This document shows, in pieces, positions 1 through 9,588 of a stretch of 64,000 nt of DNA. Position 1 is the first letter of the stretch; the number at the start of each line of letters is the position of its first letter. Under the pieces are notes generated by a model, which had not been told where the DNA came from, searched no databases, and saw only the letters and a program-made list of their open reading frames with translations. Source of the DNA: Dudresnaya verticillata. Lineage: Eukaryota. Location of the stretch: assembly GCA_977862235.1 (NCBI GenBank), contig OZ374558.1, forward strand, positions 1,860,001 through 1,924,000. The letters are read 5' to 3'. The position numbers were made by a program, and so were the translations under genes.

Positions 1-269
1 CAGGCGTTCCATCTGGCAATGCGCCGCGGGTCTGAATGGAGTGATCGGGTTTGGAGACCTGATGCGCCGGATCGTATGGGCGCTGATCAGCTTCCGGGTG
101 AGCACGTGGAGAGTTTCATGCAGGGTGACCTCATTCCTGGGCAGCATAACTAAGAAGCAGATGCGGGAGGAGCTCAACAATTAACATTGTAGCACTAATC
201 GACTGTAGATTAACTTGTCTCACCCCGTTTCGCTTCTCCCTGTTGTGAATACTCTTGTGGATATCTGCT

Positions 270-900
270 TTTGTTTGTTTTGTAAATCTCACTGTGTTTG
301 GAGCGCTAGCTGCGCTCGATCTCGTGTATATCGCTTTACTCTTCTGTTGCCACTGGGAGCGCGGCCACTACCTCTGCGATCGGTGCGAGGACGAATCTCA
401 GATGTTTGGTTGAGAACGAATGGATTATGAATGGTCTATGACGCTTGCGTTGAGAGGGTTGGAGGTGGGCGGCATGCTCGCTCAAAAGTTCACGCTTCGT
501 GTTAAAGCTTCGCTGGGTAAGGAGAGGGGGTTGGGGGCGGCGAATGGGAAGGTTCGTAAATGCCACCTCACTGCGAGCTTCCGCTCGCGGTTATCGGCAA
601 GTCGGAGGGCGGAAGGCAGGGTATGCCTGGACAATACGGGTGCGCTTCGCGGGCTTGCCAGGGACGTTTACCATTCGGCTCAGATGGAGGCTGGAATGTC
701 GGCATAGCGTGAGGGGCAGCGGAGGTATTCCTGGAGTATCGATAAGGGGAGCATATGGACAGCGTTGCGTTGATTGTTTGCTGTGTGTGCCGGCAGGCAG
801 GCGGCAGTGGGCTTGCGCGAGCGCGCGAGTTTCCGCAGTCCTGCGGATAGCTTGTGTTGGATGGATACCGCGGTTTGCCCTTTGCCTCGGGGACCGGAAG
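270..900 (-). mobile_element. Degenerate relative of the 5645-6344 element in opposite orientation (boundaries approximate; repeated at about +14017, +28022, +42039, +56056)
   Basis: The minus-strand translation IQHKLSAGLRKLARS...LPA...AEW*TSLASPRSAPV...SALRLADNRERKLAVRWHLRTFP aligns with LQSKFVSSLRRTARS..LPA...SQWRSAFPGPRKAPV...PALLLPDHRDRLLAIRWHLCTFP. It contains stops and a frameshift. Confidence 0.65.
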
Positions 901-1280
901 GCTGGATCGTGGGAAAACGTCTTTTTTTACGGCTAGCTCAGGCCAGGGCATTGGATGACTTGGAGTTTTGCAGAGTATCAGAAACTGGCGCGAAAAGTTT
1001 GCCGTGGAAACTCGAGAACAAATTCGTCGGCCGCTTCCAGTCTTGACGAAACGCCCGCATGCTGGGAAAGTTTCTTAACACGTTTATGGGCCTTTCCGCC
1101 CATCTGCGTTGCTTTTCCGCACCCCTGCTACATCAACCTGCTACATTCGCCCACCGTTTTCTCTCTCATAGACCTCCTCTCCCTTTCCACGCAGCCTCCG
1201 CTCGAGTCGCACGTCAGTTGGCGTGTCAACCCATCGGTCCCAAACTGTTCCCAGCCTGCAACCACACCACCGCCGACAAG

Positions 1281-2168
1281 ATGAACTCCCTTGCAAAGGC
1301 CGGCCCTGGTCACCCACAAACAACTGCGATCACCGGGGCTGGACCAAAGCCTCAGAAACGCCATTCCGCCAAGCCCAACAAGGAGACCTCGTATCTCGAC
1401 AAAAGGGCATCGAGCAAGGTCTGTTCAGGCCAAACGGAGCTCACAGCACGGGTGCCCACTGCGCTTGAGCATTCTGATGCATCACGTGCTCAGAAGGATA
1501 GTGTGGTCAGTAATGAGGGCGGCAAACTTCAGCAAAAGCGTCGCTCTTGTAGAGAGGCATACAAACTTGCGGGCTTCCGTCTACCCGAGAAACGACTTCC
1601 GATGCCTGATCCGCTCCCTCTCAAGCCCGTTGTGCGTTTCGCAAAGCCCAGCAGCAAAACTCTGTGGTCCGTGATTCGAGACGACGAGTGCAAGTTGGAA
1701 GAGTTGTTCAAGCGACTTTCCAACCGTCCAGTCTACAACCCCGAAGCGCAAAGGCAGGTTCTCGACATCAGTAAGAAATGCTTCGACGCTGTGTCCCAAC
1801 GCCGTGAAGTTATCAAAGGGGAGCTGAAGTCGTACCAAGAGAAGCTCGTGGTTGTCTGCGATCGGGAGACGAACGCAAACACAAGCGGTAACAAGAAGAG
1901 CTCGAATTCGTGGCAGGTAGTCGAGGAGCGATCATCTGCCACGAAAACCAAGAGGATCGAAGAGGACATTGGGCATCTCCAGAGGATTCTCCGGGAACAG
2001 GACGGATTGTACCACTCCATTCGATACCAGCGTCGGGATGTAAAGCGCGAGATTGGAGTCGTTAAGGGAAGAATTTGGGATGCTTGCAAGAGGCATTGGA
2101 AAGCTCAAAATGCCTGGTTTCTCAATGAAAGGATCTTCAGCGCTCAGAGAAGCATGGGGAAGAAGTGA
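1281..2168 (+). CDS. Hypothetical basic protein with a predicted helical/coiled-coil C-terminal half (copy 1)
   Basis: Longest + strand ORF (open from ATG 1059, 369 aa). ATG 1281 (aagATG) follows a pyrimidine-rich leader and gives 295 aa. The C-terminal half is charged and helix-like (RREVIKGELKSYQEKL, RIEEDIGHLQRILREQD). No family recognised. Confidence 0.55.
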   Translation: MNSLAKAGPGHPQTTAITGAGPKPQKRHSAKPNKETSYLDKRASSKVCSGQTELTARVPTALEHSDASRAQKDSVVSNEGGKLQQKRRSCREAYKLAGFRLPEKRLPMPDPLPLKPVVRFAKPSSKTLWSVIRDDECKLEELFKRLSNRPVYNPEAQRQVLDISKKCFDAVSQRREVIKGELKSYQEKLVVVCDRETNANTSGNKKSSNSWQVVEERSSATKTKRIEEDIGHLQRILREQDGLYHSIRYQRRDVKREIGVVKGRIWDACKRHWKAQNAWFLNERIFSAQRSMGKK

Positions 2169-2930
2169 TGGCTTCGTTGTTGACCTCACAGATACTAAGC
2201 GGTTTAACAGTGATATCTGGATCAAGTCTCCAGTCGCTACCGGGATATTGTCCGGCACTTGGTGAGAAAGTTTGGATACTGTTTGTTTGTAGTACTACGC
2301 CATCAGGTTGCTCTTGTGATTCCTTTCGTCGAAGCAGACGCACTCCAAACCAGCATGATTAAACTAATACTAAGGTACCACTCCTGTCGGTATCCGCACT
2401 AAATCTCGAGCGGCACGTTACCCATGCCCATATACTAACGAACTCGGCAGTCTTTCCCCTCCAACAATAACCGCAACCGCTCCTGCCCGCTCGGAGCACA
2501 ACACTGCCGAACTCCGGCGTGACCTCCGTCATCTCCGCCGCTTATCATTTCTATCTACTGAGGCTAAGCGCGACCAACTATGCATGGAAGTCTATTTTGA
2601 CGATCCAGCCTTTGCAAATCGCGCCTGTCCCAAGGCTTTGAAGTCTCTATGGTCAGTCTCCGTTCTCCCCACCTTCGCTCAGCTCGCTCCTCCCTAGGGC
2701 GCTATTGCGTTACGGGAAAAAGGCGAAACGCATACACTATCGCCTGTTATGTCCCCACAATGACATCGACTTTCATCCTATGGCCATGGATACCTACGCC
2801 TTCATTTTCTCTGGTATTCCACTGTCGTGCCCAACGGATCGCCAACTTCAAGCCGACCAAAAAGGGCACTTCTCTGATGAATACAGTTAACTTTGGCCTC
2901 GTTCGTTCATCGATTTCAAGTCTTCCACGA

Positions 2931-2979
2931 CGTAAACCGCTAACCGTAAGACGTAAAACGTAAGGCGCAAACCGTAAAC
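2931..2979. repeat. Seven degenerate heptamers (consensus cgtaaac)
   Basis: cgtaaac cgctaac cgtaaga cgtaaaa cgtaagg cgcaaac cgtaaac. Confidence 0.75.
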
Positions 2980-3247
2980 ATAGACTGTTCACAACAGAGA
3001 GCGAGGGCTTTCAGACCGGATCTTGCTTTCAGACGACCTTCTGGAGAAGGTTGTCCATGCTGTAGCACCATCAATCTTCGTTGTCCTAGGGGCTGTCTGG
3101 GCGTCGTGTGCACAGACAAGAATGCTACGAGAGGCTATGCGCAAGGCCACTTTTCTGTTTGTAGCACAGCGGACAGCGGACATTGCGCAAAGAAGGATAA
3201 AAGTACGTAATTTGCATACAGTGGCACATCAACGCTTTGGGTATCTG

Positions 3248-3467
3248 GTACCGTCGCCGTACCGTCGTGGTCTCGTCATGGTCCCGTCGTGGTCTCGTCA
3301 TGGTCCCGCCATGGTCCCGCCATGGTACACCGCCATGGTACCGTCGTCGCCCCGTCGTCGCCCCGTCGTCGCCCCGTCGTCGCCCCTTCATCGTCCAATC
3401 GTCGTCCCGTCGTCGTCGCGTCGTCGTCTCGTCGTCATTCAATCGTGGTCCACTCGTCGTCCAGTCG
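3248..3467. repeat. CpG-rich minisatellite with ~11-bp period (ccgtcgtggtc / ccgccatggtc / ccgtcgtcgcc), about 20 units
   Basis: Read directly from the sequence; present in all five units. Confidence 0.85.
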
Positions 3468-4249
3468 GCAGTGATGGCCATAGCGGCGTTTTACAGCGTT
3501 AACGGCGACGAGCACTCTGAATGTTTCTCTTCTCTGACACCGGCACGGCTGAAAGTGCCTCAATGGAGTGGAAAAGCCTCGAAAAGACGAAATGGCGTGC
3601 GTCTTGGCACCGAAACGGCCCGGCGTCTAGGCCCGTCGATGTCCAGCCGTTCTGTGTGTACTTGAGCGTACACGACCCGACTGACTTCAACCGACTGTGT
3701 ATCCCATCAGCCACCACGATGAACACGTCCGCTCAACCACCTGGGATCTAGCACTGGAACAGGCTGCGGCAGGTTGTACAGCGTGTTACACGCGTTGACT
3801 GCGCAATTGACAGCGCAGCTGATGGCACATGGCAACGCTGGCGACGCAGCTGACGGCGCTCTTGCCACTACGCTCTGCACAACTTGGTAACGTCACCAAG
3901 GCGATGAAGCACACATCTCGGGTTCTCTATGTGAGGTTTCGTCACTTCTCCGGTGTCACAAAATGGAACCGGCAAAATATGTTTGCAATGTTGTGGAGTG
4001 AGCGTCTAGCTACCAAACTGCTGTGTATGCAAGAGCACTCTGTGTTGACTGGTACGCCTTAAACCTGCACGCGGTTCGTTCCCAAGGAATGCCAAACTCT
4101 GGTACCAGCACATTCGACAGCTCAAGAGCCAGGGCCCTTATGCGATGCGAGGGGTTCATACTGTTATACTCTCACGCTGCGCTTAGCTTATGAGGCCTTC
4201 CGTGATCAGTCAAGACTCGCATGGTCTCATCTTTTGTAGCGCGTCAATG

Positions 4250-4294
4250 CATTGTTCATGTGGACAGTTTTCAAATGGACATTGTTCACATGGA
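4250..4294. repeat. 3 x 15-bp imperfect tandem repeat
   Basis: cattgttcatgtgga cagttttcaaatgga cattgttcacatgga. Confidence 0.7.
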
Positions 4295-4480
4295 AATAGG
4301 GGCAGGGCTTCTACCAGCCAAATAAACCGCTAATATTGGAACCCCATTGTTCCATCTCTTTCAAGATTGCATAGTCCTATCCATCTCATCGACCTCAGCG
4401 ACCTGAAGAACGTAAATATTGTGTTGCATCGATTAGAGGTCCTCGTTTCAATATTATTTCAATTCGTGACCCGCTCTGTG

Positions 4481-5644
4481 CACACCCACATACCTCAGGA
4501 TATAGCCAACTTTCAAACATAGATATTGGATATCACAATACCACTTACTAATACTTTCATGCCCCATTGCGCCGACCACGTGCCAGGGTGCCAATTGCCA
4601 AAGGTCAAACATACAATAGCTGCAGCTGGCGGACGATCTGAGTTAAACAAGGCACGCAACTGCATGACGAACTGGCGACGTTGCTGTCTCCTGAGCCCTA
4701 CGCCCACTACGTTCTACGGTTGCGCGAGGATGGCCCCAGCCAGATGAATAGCGATACGCTTCGGGAGTTGCTCTACATACAAATCTTCTAGGATCTAGAC
4801 CACCTCTGAACCGAAGCTGAGAGTCATATGCAGAAACGCGCTCCATGTTGCAGATCGCGCAGATCCCATACTCGGCCATGAGAGCGGAATCTTAAGTATG
4901 GCACAACGTTTGAACGCATGACGGCGACGGCGATGATATATTTAGAATCGAACGGATCCCGTTTTCCGCTTGTGGCACAGTGCTCTCCGCAATGTTGCAG
5001 CGAAGAATGTGCTGCCGGATATCTTTCGAAAACGGAGTAGTTTTGTGGAACTTTCCGGCAGCGTCACAATTTCCTAAGACACGGCCAAAAGTAAATCAGA
5101 AATTCGTCTTGTACCCTGTTCTAGCACATCATGTAAGTTTGGGGACGGTGCAGTGCCGCAAGCTGGAAACATGACGAGCGGCGCATTGCGTGAGCGAAAA
5201 TGTGAGCATTGTCGGGACGTGCGAGATGAGACGAGCCTCGCATGACCGCGCCGCCAGTACCTTCGAAGGTACACCGCACCTCAACGGGATGCTTTCCTGA
5301 GATATGCAAGCCTTGTCGTCCTTATCGCGTTGAAGGCCCACAGTGGCATTCACATGCAGTCCAGTTTTCAACCTGTCTAATAGGCACTGTCAGGTCGTTC
5401 ACAGAGCAAGGAGCCACCATGAAGATGGAACAGTGTGTGAGAACGTCGCCCTGCATGATTCAAACCACCCATAGTTCGTGAAAGAGCACGAGCGTGGCAA
5501 CTTATAGAAGGAGGGGCGTTGGGTCTTCGCCAAGGTGGTGATGAATCGAACGCTACGCTGTGACTCTACCGCAGAGCCCCAAGAATATTCTTCGGTATGT
5601 TTTTCTGGTGCACGTTGTATTCTAAACGTACCAAAAACCGAACA
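4481..5644. repeat. 1,164-bp internal direct repeat, copy A (present in every unit)
   Basis: Matches 7067-8230 (offset 2586) with roughly 24 substitutions counted by eye. Confidence 0.95.
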
Positions 5645-6344
5645 ATTCCGCTTGTTCATATCGCAACGCACGCCCCACATGCCCAGCTCGCGTCTCAAGA
5701 AGCTTGGAGCTCTGTTCCGCATCGTCCCGCCGCTTCTGCGCCAGCGTATTCTACAAAGCAAGTTCGTGTCTTCCCTCCGCCGCACTGCGCGCTCCACACA
5801 CCTCCCGGCATCATGGCACGCTCGGCAAACTCTACTCGCTCTCCCGAAGCTCCGAAACCCGATTCTGAGCAACGCGATCCAGAACCCGACGACCCCATCC
5901 ACCCTGCATACTGACTGCGTTTCCCAATGGCGCTCTGCATTTCCCGGTCCGCGCAAAGCCCCAGTCCCCACCACATCACGCTTTGCCCCGGCGCTGCTAC
6001 TCCCTGACCACCGTGACCGCCTGCTTGCTATCAGATGGCACTTATGCACCTTCCCAATCCCACCCCGTTGCCCCTCCTCTTGTAGGGCGCTACGCGCCCA
6101 TGCCCCCGAGCTCACGAAGCTCTCGCACGACGCCCTCCAGCCCTCGGACATCCGCTCAGTCTCATTATCGATTGCTGCGATCCGTGACCTATGCTCAGTG
6201 GACCACCCTCCCCCGTTCTCCTTGTCACCCCCGTAACCACCTGCCCGCCCTTTATTGATACCTTGGACCCTAGGGCCGGTGCGCCTGCAAATGGGCCTTT
6301 GTTGCCTGCGCAGGACCACCTAAAACAAAAAACATGAATCATCA
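5645..6344 (+). mobile_element. 700-bp insertion, probably the 3' end of a 5'-truncated non-LTR retrotransposon (copy 1)
   Basis: Absent from the paralogous empty site at 8230/8231 (ccgaaca|ctgccgttcg). It has an open frame to 6236 (RQRILQSKF...ALLLPDHRDRLLAIRWHLCTFP..RCPSSC) that resembles LINE ORF2 C-termini, then a short 3' UTR and an A-rich end (taaaacaaaaaacatgaatcatca). Confidence 0.7.
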
Positions 6345-7066
6345 CTGCCGTTCGCATTATCCTTGATAGGAAATCCCGGCGCCCTGGAGGTGAGCAGGTT
6401 GGTTGACACAGCTGAGGATCGAGCAGGTTGAAATGTGTTTCGCTCAAAGAAGACCGGTACAAGCAGCGTTCAAAGACCGGTTTTGTCCGGGAAGCGGCAG
6501 CGGTTCTGGACGGCGTGACCTTTGTTACATATTAAAGGCCGTCCCCTCTTCAACCTTGTACGGTCGGCGTGTAGTGGGTAATACAACCACATCTCTATGT
6601 CGACGTTGCTCACCGAACACCTTCTTCATCATTCGAACACCATAGCCGTACAGAGCTTTGCACGAGCCGTCGAAACAGAATTGCACGGATCGCCTGTCGA
6701 AGAATCAAGAACGGCACCTACTTCGAATTCCATTCCTTCTGTCTATATCAACTGAACCTCGCTAGTCGACATGAAAGCATAGGTAAGATATGTTTTTATA
6801 ATTGCTCTCCACATCATCATGACGCCGTATAACGGTCTAGTACAGTTAGAATTAGACTTTCTGCATCGTTCCTTCCTCCTGAATTCTGTAACAGAGTGTT
6901 TGCCAATCGTGGAATGGGCCTGGTTGGTCCTCCGAACCTGCTGGAGATCCCTACAAAACCTAAATAGAGCTCTACTAATATCAACGCAACGTGGCTGAGC
7001 AAGCTGTTAAAGAGTCCACCCTTCCGCTGCCGAAACACCCTCGACAACGGATGGGCTTCCTACTTC

Positions 7067-8230
7067 CACACCCACATACCTCAGGATATAGCCAACTTTC
7101 AAACATAGATATTGGATATCACAATACCACTTACTAATACTTTCATGCCCCATTGCGCCGACCACGTGCCAGGGCGCCAATTTCCAAAGGTCAAGCATAC
7201 AATAGCTGCAGCTGGCGGACGATCTGAGTTAAACAAGGCACGCAACTGCGCGACGAACTGGCGACGTTGCCGTCTCCTGAGCTCTACGCCCACTACGTTC
7301 TACGGTTGCGCGAGGATGGCCCCAGCCGGATGAATAGCGATACGCCTCGAGAGTGGCTCTACATACAAATCTTCTAGGATCTAGACCACCTCTGAACCGA
7401 AGCTGAGAGTCATATGCAGAAACGCGCTCCAGGTTGCAGATCGCGCAGATCCCGCACTCGGCCATGAGAGCGGAATCTTAAGTATGGAACAACGTGTGAA
7501 CGCATGACGGCGACGGCGATGATATATTGAGAATCGAACGGATCCCGTTTTCCGCTTGTGGCACAGTGCTCTCCGCAATGTTGCAGCGAAGAATGTGCTG
7601 CCGGATATCTTTCGAAAACGGAGTAGTTTTGTGGAACTTTCCGGCAGCGTCACAATTTCCTAAGACACGGCCAAAAGTAAATCAGAAATTCGTCTTGTAC
7701 CCTGTTTTAGCACATCATGTAAGTTTGGGGACGGTGCAGTGCCGCAAGCTGGAAACATGACGAGCGGCGCATTGCGTGAGCGAAAATGTGAGCATTGTCG
7801 GGACGTGCGAGATGAGACGAGCCTCGCATGACCGCGCCGCCAGTACCTTCGAAGGTACACCGCACCTCAACGGGATGCTTTCCTGAGATATGCAAGCCTT
7901 GTCGTCCTTATCGCGTTGAAGGCCCACAGTGGCATTCACATGCAGTCCAGTTTTCAACCTGTCTAATAGGCACTGTCAGGCCGTTCACGGAGCAAGGAGC
8001 CACCATGAAGATGGAACAGTGTGTGAGAACGTCGCCCTACATGATTCAAACCACCCATAGTTCGTGAAAGAGCACGAGCGTGGCAACTTATAGAAGGAGG
8101 GGCGTTGGGTCTTCGCCAAGGTGGTGATGAATCGAACGCTACGCTGTGACTCTACCGCAGAGCCCCAAGAATATTCTTAGGTATGTTTTTCTGGTGCACG
8201 TTGTATTCCAAACGTACCAAAACCCGAACA
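7067..8230. repeat. 1,164-bp internal direct repeat, copy B; weaker similarity continues at 8231-8378 versus 6345-6493
   Basis: The duplicated ORF set appears at +2586, and the shared start is cacacccacatacctcagg. Confidence 0.95.
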
Positions 8231-8460
8231 CTGCCGTTCGCATTATCCTTGGTAGGAGATCCTAGCGGCCTGGAAGTGAGCAGGTTTGTTGACAGAGCTA
8301 GGGGCCGAGCGGGTTGAAATGTTTTTGGCTCAAAGAAGAGCAGTAGAAGCAGCCTTCAAATATCGGCTTTGTCCGGAAACTTGAAAGGGAATGTACTAGT
8401 CTATGATCCGAGTCATCTATACAGCCTTTACGAATCGAAAGAACTAATATGCTGTAGATA

Positions 8461-9588
8461 CTACATACTACCGATAATGTCTTGGAGCACCCTGTAATCT
8501 TCGTCTTGAACGTCAGAAACACTCTCTAAGTACGTAAAGTATTCCTGTATGGCAGGAGGCACTGAGCTACACAGGCGAGTGATCGGGGTTCTGAGCTTCA
8601 TCATTAAAATCTCATCTGCTTCGATATCCTGATCCCAAATTAATTTGCCTTGCAGCATGTGTAGAAGTACATATCCTAAGCTTTCAAATTCATCGGCTGG
8701 AGACTGAACGTGATGGCAATGTGCAGCTATTGGGGCATATATCAACGTCCCGACGAACGGCACCTCAACCTGCTCAGCTTCTTGAAAGAAACATGATGTA
8801 CCAAAATCGATTACATGTATGTAGTTGAGGTTGTCTCGATCGAACACAATATTTGCAGGTTTAAGGTCGCGGTGAAGATAGCCAAGACCATGCAATTTTC
8901 GAAGGCGATGGAGCACCTGGATTCCGATACTAGCTGTGAGTTTGGCAGATAGGCGCCCTCCACTTACATCCATGAGAGATTCGATAGAGGGACCATGCAA
9001 GTTCATGACCATAAAAGGATAGCCCGAATGACTTGCGAGATATCTGCAAGGTGGAAAATGTTCCGGATACCTCTCGTTCAATATTCTATAGAGTCCAAAT
9101 TCCAAATTAACGAATGACGCATCCACTTCGAGTGGGTTATTTTCCACCTTGACTGCGGCAGTCTCATTTCGGTGCAAATCAAATGCCTCATAGACACCGC
9201 CGCATGCGCCGCTACCAATCTTCCTTTTCAGAGCCCACCGGCCAGCTAGAAGCTCGCCTTCGAATGCAGGCGCGCGCACTGGATGACTCAGCTCTTCTTC
9301 AGATTGCATTTTTTGTTGTCTCACCTGACCCGTGGCAGCGCCGGTAGGTAACTCGTATGCCTCTTTTGACAATCTAGCTTCCACAATATTCTTGCTTTCA
9401 ATGACATGGTTTTTTTCAATCGGCTTCAAATCGCGGTTTTGATTTTCATGACGCTTGTCCCCGGAAACATTGATACCCCCAATCTTCAGGTCCTTCATTC
9501 TGACTGAGACGAAGATATTCTGGCCCGAGTTTCGTCCAGCTACAATGGTGCGAAGGGAAGTTTTTTGTTGAGAAAATGCTTGTCCCAT
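8461..9588 (-). CDS. Divergent casein kinase 1-family Ser/Thr protein kinase (copy 1)
   Basis: Motifs IGSGACGGVY, AAVKVE, MVMNLHGPSIESL, YLHRDLKPAN, IDFG, GTLIYAPIAAH, QSPADEFESLGY and GKLIW correspond to CK1 IGSGSFG, VAIKLE, LLGPSLEDL, HRDIKPDN, GTARYASINTH, QSRRDDLESLGY and GSLPW. The frame is open from 9753. ATG 9588 (aatATGG, MGQAFS, 375 aa) is my preferred start; ATG 9738 is an alternative. Confidence 0.9.
   Translation of the reverse strand: MGQAFSQQKTSLRTIVAGRNSGQNIFVSVRMKDLKIGGINVSGDKRHENQNRDLKPIEKNHVIESKNIVEARLSKEAYELPTGAATGQVRQQKMQSEEELSHPVRAPAFEGELLAGRWALKRKIGSGACGGVYEAFDLHRNETAAVKVENNPLEVDASFVNLEFGLYRILNERYPEHFPPCRYLASHSGYPFMVMNLHGPSIESLMDVSGGRLSAKLTASIGIQVLHRLRKLHGLGYLHRDLKPANIVFDRDNLNYIHVIDFGTSCFFQEAEQVEVPFVGTLIYAPIAAHCHHVQSPADEFESLGYVLLHMLQGKLIWDQDIEADEILMMKLRTPITRLCSSVPPAIQEYFTYLESVSDVQDEDYRVLQDIIGSM

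Noticed and set aside
3023..3665. Overlapping Arg/Val/Ser-rich ORFs
   Set aside because: They are open frames produced by the stop-free 11-bp minisatellite.
5399..6319. 306-aa minus-strand ORF
   Set aside because: It is the antisense shadow of the LINE-like + frame and crosses the insertion boundary at 5644/5645.
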